This document shows, in pieces, positions 1-12,623 of a stretch of DNA of 64,000 bases (its first letter is position 1; the number at the start of each line of letters is the position of its first letter). This DNA is from Anaeramoeba ignava BMAN. Its lineage: Eukaryota; Protista; Anaeramoebae. The stretch spans positions 186,001 to 250,000 of the forward strand of contig JAPDFW010000091.1 of assembly GCA_028826165.1 (NCBI GenBank), given 5' to 3'. The position numbers and the translations under genes are program-made. The notes below the pieces were generated by a model that made no database searches, was not told the DNA's origin, and saw only the letters and a list, made by a program, of their open reading frames with translations.

Positions 1-385
1 GATTTTTAATTTTAATTTTTGTTTAAAATTTTTTTGACTTTCAAAACAAAATCTTTTGATATAAAATTTTATTTTAATTTTAATTTTAATTTTGATTTTG
101 ATTTTAATTTTAATTTTGATTTTGTTTTTGTTTTTCATTTTGATTTTGATTTTAATTTTAATTTTGATTTTAATTTTAATTTTAATTTGGATTTTAATTT
201 TAATTTTGATTTTAATTTTAATTTTTATTTTTTATCCGATTTTAATTTTGATTTTAATTTTTAATTTTAATTTTGATTTTAATTTTGATTTTAATTTTGA
301 TTTTAATTTTAATTTTAATTTTAATTTTAATTTTGATTTTAATTTTGATTTTGATTTTGATTTTGATTTTGATTTTAATTTTGTA
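1..385. repeat. Hexamer microsatellite (TTTTAA/TTTTGA)n
   Basis: Direct reading; explains the FNFDF and ILILI pseudo-ORFs. Confidence 0.95.
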
Positions 386-843
386 ATTTTTCTTCTACTT
401 GTGAAAAATATTTTCCAGAACTTTGATAAAATGAAAGTGTTAAATTATTTTCTGTATCTAAATTCCAAGTAACATTTCCTTGATCTTAATTAAAAAAAAT
501 AAGCAAAAAATTGTGAAAAAATTTGTTAAAAAATCAATAACAAATTTCTAATTTTCTATTTAAAATTTTTTTAGTTTTTACTTTCAAAACAAAATCTTGT
601 TAAAAATACAAAATTATTATCATTATTAATTTGTCCAATAAATTTAACTGAAGAAACTTTAAAAAAAAGAAGAAAAAAAATAAGAAAAAAAGAAGTAAAC
701 CGGATCATAAAATGAAAAAGATGAAAAATGAAAAATGAAAAATGAAAAATGAAAGAAAAAAAAATTTATTTCAATCTATTTTTTCATTTAAATTCTAATT
801 TGGAAATTGGATTTAAATTTTAATTTTAATTTTGATTTTGATT

Positions 844-1845
844 TTAATTTTGATTTTGATTTTGATTTTTATTTTGATTTTGATTTTGATTTTGATTTTC
901 ATTTTCATTTTCATTTTCATTTTCATTTAAATTTTCATTTTGATTTTGTTTTAAATTTTGATTCTCTTTTAAATTTTGATCTTTTTTGACTTTTGCTCCT
1001 TTTCTTAACGGAATAGCTTTAATCAAAGCTTGAGACCAATCTTTACAATTAATATAATTCAAAATAATAGAAAAAACTTGGTCGACAGTTAAAACTTTCC
1101 TTGATCTCATTGAAAGATATTGATCAATAGGTAATTTAGCAGTTTTTATTCCAATTTTTTTAGCTTCTTCATAAGTTAAACCTTTTAGCCTATTATGATC
1201 AACTAATCCACCAATAATATACACTTTGTCTTCATAAATTTCATCCAAAACTTCTTCTGATTCTGATGTTAAATAAATAATTTCATCTTTCTTAAATATT
1301 TCTTGATATTTTTTTTCATCATAAAAAATTCGCCAATTTAAAAATCCATTTGTTGATTCAAGTTTTGCTTTTGTCCTCCCAATTAACCCCGCGAGATATA
1401 ATTTTATTGGCTTTTCCGCTTTGTTGTTTGCTCCATAACACATGTTGATTTGATTTGTTAATTTCTTAATTTCAAAAACACTCATCAATTCGTCAAAACT
1501 GCAATCAATTACAATTCGGAAATTTGAAAGTGGAATTTTTTTCCGATTTTTTCTGGATATTTTACGAGGTAATTTTTCATCCTCAATTTGACTCCCTTTT
1601 TCTTCGTGATCTTGTTTGTCTTTTTTTGTGGGAGTTGTTGTATTTTGTTGTTCTTTTTGTTGATTTTCATTTTGGATTTTTTTGGATTGATTTTTTTTTC
1701 TTTTTTTCTTTTCTTTTTGTTTTTGTTTTTGAAATTGAATTTTTTCTAACTTTTTAATTGCATGTTTTGATAAAGATTTACTATCATTTGAAGATAACCA
1801 ATTTGGAAGAGAAAAATTATTATTATTTTTATTATTATTTTGCAT
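844..1845 (-). CDS. TRM10: tRNA (guanine-N1, position 9) methyltransferase Trm10 (SPOUT fold)
   Basis: Single ORF with IVIDCSFDELMS, YLTSESEEVL, VYIIGGLVDHNRLKG and TAKLPI motifs; basic N-terminal extension; QN/EN tail. Confidence 0.93.
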   Translation of the reverse strand: MQNNNKNNNNFSLPNWLSSNDSKSLSKHAIKKLEKIQFQKQKQKEKKKRKKNQSKKIQNENQQKEQQNTTTPTKKDKQDHEEKGSQIEDEKLPRKISRKNRKKIPLSNFRIVIDCSFDELMSVFEIKKLTNQINMCYGANNKAEKPIKLYLAGLIGRTKAKLESTNGFLNWRIFYDEKKYQEIFKKDEIIYLTSESEEVLDEIYEDKVYIIGGLVDHNRLKGLTYEEAKKIGIKTAKLPIDQYLSMRSRKVLTVDQVFSIILNYINCKDWSQALIKAIPLRKGAKVKKDQNLKENQNLKQNQNENLNENENENENENQNQNQNQNKNQNQNQN

Positions 1846-1975
1846 TATTTTAAATTAAAAATGAAAAAAAAAATGAAAAAAAAAATAATTAGTAATTCTT
1901 ATGAAAAAAGCAAAAAAAAAAAATAAAAAAATTTTGATTTAATTTTTTTGATTTAATTTGATTTATTTTTCCCTT

Positions 1976-4900
1976 ATGCTTTGTGCTTTAAATCCTTTTA
2001 AAAACAAGAACAAAAAAGTCCAAATATTTATAAAATAATATTTAATTACAAAATAATATTTAGTTGAACAAATAATCGCAAATTTTGCAAGTAAAATTTA
2101 TGAAGATGCAAATAAAGCAATTGCGGATATTAAAGACGGTTCTGTTTTGTGTGTTGGAGGATTTGGTATAAGTGGTACTCCTCATCAAATTATTGAAAAA
2201 ATTGCTAAAAATGATGGTCCTAAGAATTTAACAATTGTTAGTAACAATTACAAACTAATATAATTATAAAATAATATTTTTATAAAAATAATATTTATTA
2301 TAAAAAAATAATATTTAATTTTAAAAATCAATTAATATAAAAAATAATATTTATTTATAAAATAAAAATATTTAATTATAAAATAATTAATATTTAATTT
2401 AAAATAATATTTAATTATAAAATAATATTTATTATAAAATAATAATTTCGAATTACAAGAGAGAAATAATAATAATATAAAATAATTTAATTATAAAATA
2501 ATATTTAATTATAAAAAATAATAATATTTAATACAAAATAATAATTAATATTTAAAAATAATAAAATAAAATTTAATTATTAAAATAATAATTAAATAAA
2601 AATATTTATTTAAAATAATTATAAAATATTAATTAATTATAATATTTAAAATAAAATAATTTAATTATAAAATAATATAATTATAAAATAATAAAAATAA
2701 AATAATATTTAATTATAAAAATAATAATTAAATTATAAAATAATATTTAAATTATAAAATAATAATTATAAAAATAATATTTAATTATAAAATATGGATA
2801 TTTAAATAATATAAAAATAATAAAATAATATTTAATTAAAAATAATTAATTAAAAAATATAATATTTAATAATTCTAAAAATAATATTTATTATAAAAAT
2901 AATATTTAATAAAAATATAAAAAATAATATTTAATTTATTATTTAATTATAAAATATTTAATATAAAATAATAATTAATTATAAAATAATATTTAATTAT
3001 AAAATAAAAATAAAATAATAATTTTAAAAAAATAAAAATAATATTTAATATAAAATAATATTTAATTATAAAAATAATTAATTTAATTAATTATAAAATA
3101 ATATTTAATTATAAAATAATAATTTAATTTAAAATAATAATTAATTATAGGAAAATAATAATTTAATTATAAAATAATATTTAATTATTATAAAATAAAA
3201 TATAAAATAATAATTATATTAATAAAATATAAAATAATATTTAATTAATTATAAAATAAAATATAAAATAATAAAAAATAATATTTAACTATAAAATAAT
3301 ATTTATATAAAATAATATTTAATTATAAAATAATAAAAAAAAAATAATATTTAATTATAAAATAATATTTATATAAAATAATAAAATTAAAAAAAATTTA
3401 TTTATAAAAAATATTTAAATATTTAATTATAAAATAATATTTAATTATAAAATAATATTTAAATATCTAAAATAATATTTAATTTAAAATAATATTTAAT
3501 TATAAAATAATATTTATTTATAAAATAATATTTAATTATAAAATAATAATTAATTCAAAAATAATATTAATTGAAATTAAATTTTTGGATTAATATAAAC
3601 ACGGGGTTTAGGACTTCTTCTCAAAACTAAACAAGTGAAGAAAATCATAGCTTCATATGTCGGAGAAAACGGAGTATTTGAAAAACAATATTTAGAAGGA
3701 GAAATTGAACTTGAACTGAATCCACAAGGAACATTAGCAGAAAGACTTCGAGCAGCAGGAGCAGGAATTCCAGCCTTCTTCACACCAGCAGGAGCAGGAA
3801 CAGTGATTGAACACGGAGGATTAGTGACATTATATGGGAAAAACGCGACAGTAATAAAAAAATCACAACCGAAAGAATCACGAAAATTCAACGGAAGAGA
3901 TTATGTTCTTGAAACAGCTATTCACGGTGATTTCGGACTGATAAAGGCCTGGAAAGCCGATGAAGATGGAAACTTGATCTTCCGCGGAACGGCGCGTAAT
4001 TTCAACCCTGAATGTGCAAAGTCCTCTCGAGTCTGTATAGCTCAAGTTGAGGAAATAGTACCAATTGGAACTTTTAAACCAGATCAAGTTCATTTGCCGG
4101 GAATATTTGTCAACCGAATAGTTTGTGTTCCAAATCCAGAAAAACGCATTGAAAGACTCACCTTCAGGGATCCTAACGCAAAATCAAAGGCTTTGAAACC
4201 AGCGCAAATACTTCGTCACAAAATGGCTGCAAGAGCCGCTCAGGAATTCAAAGATGGAATGAACGTTAATTTGGGAATTGGTATACCCACTTTGTGCGCT
4301 GAAAAAATTCCTGATGGAATGAAAATCAAATTGCAATCAGAAAATGGTCTTCTTGGAATGGGTCCTTGGCCGCAAAAAGGTTTGGAAGATCCTGATTGGA
4401 TTAATGCTGGTAAAGAAACTATTACTCCTCTTCCTGGTGCTTCTATTTTCTCTTCAAGTGAATCTTTTGCTATGATAAGAGGTGGTCATTTAGATTTAAC
4501 TATTTTGGGTGCTATGCAAGTTTCAGAGACTGGTGATTTGGCTAATTGGATGGTATTTAATTTTAATTTAATTTGATTTTGATTTAATTTAAATATTTGA
4601 TATTGATTTAATTTTGATTTAATTTTAATTTAATTTTAATTTAATTTTAATTTAATTTTGAATTTGATTTTGAATTTAATTTTTGATTTAATATTTGATT
4701 TAATTTTGATTTAATTTTGATTTAATTTTAATTTAATTTTAATTTAATTTTAATTTAATTTTGATTTAATTTGATTTAATTTAGATTATTTTGATTTAAT
4801 TTTGATTTAATTTTAATTTAATTTTAATTTAATTTTAATTTAATTTTGATTTAAATTTAGATTTAAATTAAATTAATTGAATTGAATTTAGATTTTGAAT

Positions 4901-5628
4901 TAATTTAGATTTTAATTTAATTTTAATTTAATTTTGATTTAATATTTGATTTAATTTAATTTTAATTTAATTTAATTTGATTTGAATTTGATTTAATATT
5001 TGATTTAATTTAATTTTAATTTAATTTTGAATTTGATTTTGAATTTAATATTTAATTTAGATTTAATTTAAATATTGATTTTGATTTGAATTTTATTTAA
5101 AATTTGATTTGATTTTGATTTAATTTTGATTTAATATTTGATTTAATATTTGATTTAATATTTGATTTAATTTTAATTTAATTTTAATTTAATTTAATTT
5201 AATTTGATTTGATTTAATTTAATTTAGATTATTTTGATTTAATTTTGATTTAATTTTAATTTAATTTTAATTTAATTTTAATTTAATTTTGATTTAAAAT
5301 TTGATTTAATTTAATTTAGATTCCTCGAGTTTTGGTTAAAGGAATGGGAGGAGCAATGGATTTAATTAGTTCGGGAAGTAGAGTTATTATTCTAACAGAA
5401 CATTGTGATAAAAAAGGAAGACCTAAAATTGTATCCAAATGTTCACTTCCACTTACAGGAAGACAAGTAGCAGATATGATCATTTCAGAAATTGCAGTTT
5501 TCAAAGTTGAAAAGGGAAAAGGATTAACACTTATTGAACATGCAAAAGGAGTAACAGTTGATGAAATCAAAAGTAAAACTGGTTGTTCTTTCAAAGTTTC
5601 TCCAAATTTAAAAGAAATGAATGTTTGA
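1976..5628 (+). CDS. Fused alpha/beta succinyl-CoA:3-oxoacid CoA-transferase (SCOT / ASCT subfamily IA-like), multi-exon
   Basis: Exon ~2064-2246 (not in ORF track) reads [31 protein letters not shown]...KNLTIVSNN. Exon ~3605-4552 has [29 protein letters not shown] and catalytic SENG. GT-AG intron 4553-5319. Last exon has [13 protein letters not shown] at 1976 and the junction at ~2246-3600 are uncertain. Confidence 0.9.
2250..3590. repeat. Intronic degenerate AT minisatellite (~TAAAATAATATTTAATTA)
   Basis: Nearly pure A/T degenerate ~18-mer inside the CoA-transferase intron. Confidence 0.85.
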
Positions 5629-5847
5629 TTCGATTAATTAAGAATTCAAACAAATCAAGAATAATTTTTCTTTTTCTTTTTTTTCTTTCTCTTTTTTAAA
5701 ACAATCCAAAAGAAAAAAAGTAAAGAAGAATAAAAAGAAGAATAAAAAGAAAAAGAAACAAAAATTATTTTTCATTTTTTCATTTTTCATTTTTCATTTT
5801 TCATTTTTTTCTTTTTAAAATAAAAGGGGATTTGATTCAATTAAAAA

Positions 5848-8800
5848 ATGAATATTGAAAAACAAAACGAAATTTATGAAGTTTTATTTGATCTTCCAAT
5901 AAGCCCAAAACATAGAAGTGAATCCGTTAGAAGAACACATCATGAAATTGAAGTTTTTCCCAAAAAAAATAAAGAATTTGGATACAAAATAATATTACCG
6001 AATAATTGGATAACTGATAACGATATTAATGAAGGAAGTGATCAATTTCCTCAATGGAAACTAATTGGTTTATTTGCTCCTGATCTCGATCCAAATGCGC
6101 CTTTTATTTCAGTTTCTGCTACTTCACTTTCTTTTGAAATTGATTTGGATGATTGGATTGAGTTTTTTTGTCGTCGTGACGGTTTTCAAATTTTCGCAAA
6201 AAAATGGTGGGATTCTCCAACAAAAGATTTGGTTCTTGATATTGGAGCTTTCAAAAGTATGTTTATTTTTTTAATTTTTAAATTTGAATTTTTTAAATTA
6301 TAAATTTTTTAAATTATAAATTATAAATTTTTTAATCAATTTGAATTTTTTAATCAATTTGAATTTATATTTGATTTAATGAAGATCAAGATTCAAACAC
6401 TGTCGTTATGAGAGCAATGACTTTTATTCAACAAGATACACTCTTTACAATTTGGTACAATCTGAATAAACCAACTTTTTAAATTCAAAAAAATTTTTTT
6501 TGAATCAACTAATTTTTATTTAAAAAAAAATTCTTTTATTTTTTCTTTTTTAAAGTGGTGTTTCAAAATCAACTCAATGGGATCAATATAAAAATCATTT
6601 TTTAATTGCTTGTGCTTCTTTTGAATTAATTGAACAAAAAGCAGAAGTTGAAAAATATTATCCAAGTTGGAATGGAGGAAATCCTTTTATTAATTTTTTA
6701 GTACCAACTAATTGGACAGTAAAAAATAATCCCAAAAAAAAAAAAATTTTTTTCTTTCCAAAAAAAAAAACCGTTTTTTTATTCATTTTAAAATTTTAAA
6801 ATTTTAAATTTAAAAGATTCGAGAACAAGAAGATCATCCTCAAAATCAAACTATTTGTGAAGTTCAACTTCTTGTTGGAGAAGATATGCTTGCATATATT
6901 TTAGTTAAAGCTATTCCAAATGAAAATGTTACTTTGGTTTATCTTTTAGAACAAGCAATGGAGGTTTTTTTTTATTCAAAACAAAAACAAAACAAAAACA
7001 AAACAAAACAATTTATTTTTTAAAATTTTTTATAAAAATTTAAAAGGAGCTTGATTTAAGTGGATTTGAAATTTATGGAAGTCCAGTTTTTATTCCAGGA
7101 AAAGTAATTTAGTGGAATTATTCAAATTAAAATGAAAATTAAAATTAAAATTAAATTCAAAATTAAAATTAAATTCAAAATTAAAATTAAAATTAAAATC
7201 AAAATCAAAATCAAAATCAAAATCAAAATCAAAATTAAAATTAAATTTAAAATTAAAATTAAAATTAAAATTAAAATTAAAATTAAAATTAAAATTAAAA
7301 TTAAAATTAAAATTAAAATTAAAATTAAAATTAAAAATTAAAATTTAAAATTAAAATTAAAATTAAAATTAAAATTAAAATTAAAATTAAAATCAAAATC
7401 AAAATCAAAATCAAAATCAAAATCAAAATTAAAATTAAAATAAAAATTAAAATCAAAATCAAAATCAAAATTAAAATTAAAATTAAAATTAAATTCAAAA
7501 TTAAAATCAAAATTAAAATTAAAAATGAAATTAAAATTAAAATTAAAATTAAAATTAAAATAAAAATTAAAATCAAAATCATAATTAAAATCAAAATCAA
7601 AATCAAAATCAAAATCAAAATCAAAATAATCAAAATTAAAATCAAAATTAAAATAAAAATGAAATTCTGTTTGGAAATAGGGATTTAAAGGTCCATTCAG
7701 ATTTCATGGATGGGTAAAAGGAGAAACATATGTTGATTCATTTGCAAATGCAATTGATGGATATTTTGGAACTGGAATAATTCCAGGAAAAGTTGGAGAT
7801 AGAATTGTTGAAGCAAGAGTTGGATTTCGATATTTTGAAAATTGTATAGTTTCTTTATATTTAATATCTGTTACTTCATCAAGTGATATTTTACTTTGGA
7901 TGAGATCTAAAAAAACTTTTGAAATGATCAGAGAAACTTTATCTACAAAAAATAACAGCAATGATAATAATAACAATAATAACAACAATAATAATAACAA
8001 TAATGATAATGATCTTCAATTTCAAGAGCATTTATTAAAGGATAAAAATAATATCAATAATATCGATATTACTCTCAATAATTTACAAAAAAATCAAAAT
8101 AAAATGCAAAGTGGAAAATCTTTTGTTGATAAATCTACAACTAAAAATGAATCAAATCGTTTTGAAAGACAACAAAGTCTTCCTGTTATTTCCAAAACTA
8201 AAAAAAATATGAATAAAAAAATTATTGGAAAATCAGCAATTGATTGGCCTTTACAACTTGAACTTGGAATTGAAGGTGAAAAGATTAAAATCAAAATTCA
8301 TTTTAAAATTAAATTCAAAATCAAAATCAAAATTAAAATTCAAATTAAAATTAAAATTAAAATTAAAATTAAAATTAAAATTAAAATTCATTTTAAAATC
8401 AAAATTAAAATCAAAATTCATTTTAAAATCAAAATTAAAATTCATTTTGAAATTAAAATTAAAATTCATTTTAAAATTCATTTTAAAATTAAAATTAAAA
8501 TTAAAATTAAAATTTAAATTAAAATTTAAATTAAAATTAAAATTTAAAATTCAAATTAAAATTAAAATTCATTTTAAAATCAAAATTAAAATTAAAATTA
8601 AAATCTAAATTAAAATTAAAATTCATTTTGAAATTAAAATTAAAATTAAAATTAAAATTCATTTTAAAATTAAAATTATATTTATATAGTTGGATTAGGT
8701 TGGAAATTAAAAATTGAAAATATTCTTATTTCTGGGAATGATCCTCGAATTTTATCACAAGTTTTTGAAAAACCAGAATGGTTAGAAAATAATCTAAGTC

Positions 8801-10216
8801 AAAGATGTATGAATTGCCGATCCACATTTACAGTACGAAAACGAAGACATCATTGTAGAAATTGTGGATTAATTTTCTGTTCATCATGCACAACAAAAAG
8901 ATTACCTATTTATAAATTTGGAATCGAAACACCGTCTAGAGTTTGTGATAATTGTGCAGGTTTATTAGCAGATGGAAATTTATTTAAATCAACAATTTCA
9001 TTAAAAAAAAGAATTAAACCCAAAAAATCTTATAAATGGATTAATTGTAAAGAAGGTTCTTTTATTTCTACTAAAACTTGGTGCAGTGATCCAAATCAGA
9101 AAACTAGATTTATTACTTATACTTTATATTCAATTACAAATAAATCTTATTCTTTGAAAATTGAAAAAAGAAAAAAATTAAATGGAATAATTCAAGATAC
9201 AAAAATTGTATCATTAAGTAAAGAAGAAAAAAATAATATGTTTGGAAAATTAACAGGAGAAAAGGTATTTTTATAAAAATTCATTTTGAAATTAAAATTC
9301 ATTTTAAAATTAAAATTCATTTTGAAATTAAAATTCATTTTGAAATTAAAATTCATTTTGAAATTAAAATTCATTTTAAAATTAAAATTCATTTTGAAAT
9401 TAAAATTCATTTTGAAATTAAAATTCATTTTGAAATTAAAATTCATTTTGAAATTAAAATTCATTTTAAAATTAAAATTAAAATTAAAATTCATTTATAA
9501 AATTAAAATTAAAATTAAAATTAAAATTCATTTTGAAATTAAAATTAAAATTAAAATTAAAATTAAAATTATAATTAAAATTCATTTTAAAATTATAATT
9601 AAAATTCATTTTGAAATTAAAATTAAAATTCATTTTGAAATTAAAATTAAAATTCATTTTGATATTAAAATTCATTTTGAAATTCATTTTGAAATTCATT
9701 TTGAAATTAAATTATAAAGACTCAAATTGGAGGTCAAATTATGAATATTGAAGGAAGATGGTATAGTTGTTATGTTTGGAAAACAATAACAAATGAAAAT
9801 AATCAAATTGAAAGAAGTCAATGGGTTACAGATGAAATTAAATTTCCAATTAAAACAGTAGCAAAAGATGAATCAAAATCAAGTTATAGTGAAAGAGTTT
9901 GTTGAAAAAAAAAATAATCAAAAATTTCGAAAAAAAAAATTTAATCAAAAATCTTTTTTAAATTTAAAATTAAAAGATTGCTATTAAATTAAAAGATGAA
10001 GTTTATATTGGTGACCGTTTTTTATCTTGCATAAAATATAAAGGTTTTACTATTGATGAAAATGGAAAGAAAACTAATCATCTTGTTTGGATGTCTGATT
10101 CTATTCCTGGTGGTGTTGTTCGAGTTGTTTCAAAATCTGAAACTGATATAAGTTTAACTACTGAAATTATTGATTTTCAAATTGAAATTAATGAAATAGC
10201 AAAAAAGAAAAAATGA
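5848..10216 (+). CDS. FYVE zinc-finger protein with uncharacterised N- and C-terminal domains; 9 exons
   Basis: Frame-preserving GT-AG introns at 6257-6384, 6455-6555, 6719-6816, 6964-7046, 7104-7680, 8276-8689, 9265-9719, 9897-9976. FYVE motif W...CMNC...RRHHCRNCGLIFCSSC...RVCDNC. Stop TGA at 10214-10216. Confidence 0.85.
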
Positions 10217-10364
10217 ACCAAAAGAAAAAATTTTTCCATTTTTTTTTTTTTGCTTTCTTTTTAATTAATATTATTTTTTTTAATTTTTTAATTTTTCATT
10301 TTTTTCTTTTTTTTCATTTTTTAATTAATAATAATAATAATAATAATTTTTTTTTTTTTTAATA

Positions 10365-12475
10365 ATGTCTTTAAGAAAAAAAAATTTTGCGAAAACTTTA
10401 ACAATGATTTCTAAAATGATTCCAGAAATTTTAACAAAACAAGATCCAAAAATAATGATAAAAATTCATCAAAAAATTAATAAATTAATTTTAACATTAA
10501 AAATTACACTTGATGGTTTTCAACAAACAAATACAGATTTATATAAAAAAATTGTTGAAGAAATGATTAATCAAGATTTAATTAAAATGATGGTTATTAA
10601 TATCGATAAATTTGAATTTGAAACTCGTAAAGAAATTGCTAGAATAATTGAAGAATTAATTTTATGTGAAGAAAAAAATTCAGTTATTGCTTATTTTTTA
10701 GAAAAAGAAGAAATTATAGAATCACTTTTTAACAAGTAGATAATTAATAAAATTCATTTATAAAATTGAAATTGAAATTAAAATTCATTTTGAAATTAAA
10801 ATTGAAATTGAAATTGAAATTGAAATTAAAATTGAAATTAAAATTGAAATTGAAATTAAAATTAAAATTAAAATTGATTTTGAAATTAAAATTGAAATTA
10901 AAATTCATTTTGAAATTCATTTTGAAATTAAAATTAAAATTCAAATTAAAATTAAAATTAAAATTCATTTATAAAATTGAAATTCATTTGTAAAATTAAA
11001 ATTGAAATTCATTTTGAAATTCATTTTAAAATTGAAATTAAAATTAAAATTAAAATTAAAATTGAAATTAAAATTGAAATTAAAATTGAAATTCATTTTG
11101 AAATTCATTTTGAAATTAAAATTGAAATTAAAATTGAAATTCATTTTGAAATTCATTTTGAAATTAAAATTGAAATTCATTTTGAAATTCATTTTGAAAT
11201 TCATTTTGAAATTGAAATTAAAATTCATTTTGAAATTCATTTTAAAATTGAAATTAAAATTCATTTTGAAATTCATTTTAAAATTGAAATTAAAATTCAT
11301 TTTGAAATTGAAATTAAAATTGAAATTAAAATTAAAATTAAAATTAAAATTAAAATTAAAATTGAAATTCATTTATAAAATTGAAATTGAAATTAAAATT
11401 GAAATTGAAATTAAAATTAAAATTCATTTTGAAATTAAAATTCATTTTGAAATTAAAATTGAAATTGAAATTGAAATTGAAATTGAAATTCATTTTGAAA
11501 TTCATTTATAAAATTAAAATTAAAATTCATTTATAAAATTAAAATTAAAATTCATTTTGAAATTAAAATTGAAATTAAAATTGAAATTCATTTTGAAATT
11601 GAAATTGAAATTAAAATTAAAATTGAAATTCATTTTGAAATTAAAATTAAAATTAAAATTAAAATTGAAATTGAAATTAAAATTCATTTTGAAATTCATT
11701 TATAAAATTAAAATTGAAATTCATTTTGAAATTCATTTTGAAATTCATTTTGAAATTAAAATTCATTTTAAAAATATTTGAATAGATACGAAAATTCAGG
11801 TTTATCATTAATTTGTGGAATTATTATTAGAGGTTTATCTAATAGTGAAAAAATTACTGAAAGAATTCTCAAATCAAAATATTTTTTTATTCTTTTCAAA
11901 TTATCAGAACAAATCAATTTCCATCTTTCAACAGATGCATTTTCAACTTTAGAAGTAAAAAAAAGAAAAAGAAAAAGAAAAATTATTTTTTAAATTCAAA
12001 ATTTATTTTTAAATTTAAAACTTAGAAATTATTAACAAAACATGTCGAAATTGCAAGTAATTTTTTGAATGAAAATTATGAAGGTTTCTTTACAGAATTT
12101 GATAAACTTCTTTTCTCAGTAAATTATGTAGCAAGAAGACAATCAATTCGTTTATTATCTGACTTATTATTAGAACGCAAAAATTTTCAAGTTATGACTA
12201 AATATATAAATGATTCTTCTCATCTTCAAAATTTCATGAACCTAATTATAGACCCAAGTAAAGGAATCCAATTCGATGCTTTCCATGTATTCAAAGTGCT
12301 AATTGCTAACCCGAAAAAAGATGAACAAATTGTTGATATTCTCGCTAATAATAAAAAAAAGTTGATTGATTTTCTTTCTCAATTTCAAAATGAAAATCAA
12401 AATGAACATTTTCAAGATGAAAAGAAATTAATCATCCAAAAAATCACAAATACTCCAGAAAAAAAAAGGAAATGA
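10365..12475 (+). CDS. CAB39: MO25 / calcium-binding protein 39 family; 3 exons
   Basis: Introns 10736-11785 and 11955-12025 restore the frame; motifs FEFETRK, DAFSTL, NYVARRQSIRLL, IQFDAFHVFKV.IANP. Confidence 0.92.
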
Positions 12476-12623
12476 ACCAATTTTCTTTTTGAAATAACAA
12501 ATAACAATAATAATAAAAAAAAAAGAATAAGAATTTTCCATTTATTTTTTTCCTTTTTTTTCTTTTTTTTTTTCCGTTTTTTTTAAATTCATTTTTTTTT
12601 CATTTTTTTAAAAATTTCCGAAA

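Noticed and set aside
7132-11781. KIKIK, LKLK, FNFN and ILIL ORFs
   Set aside because: Translations of intronic hexamer repeats lying between well-supported GT-AG boundaries
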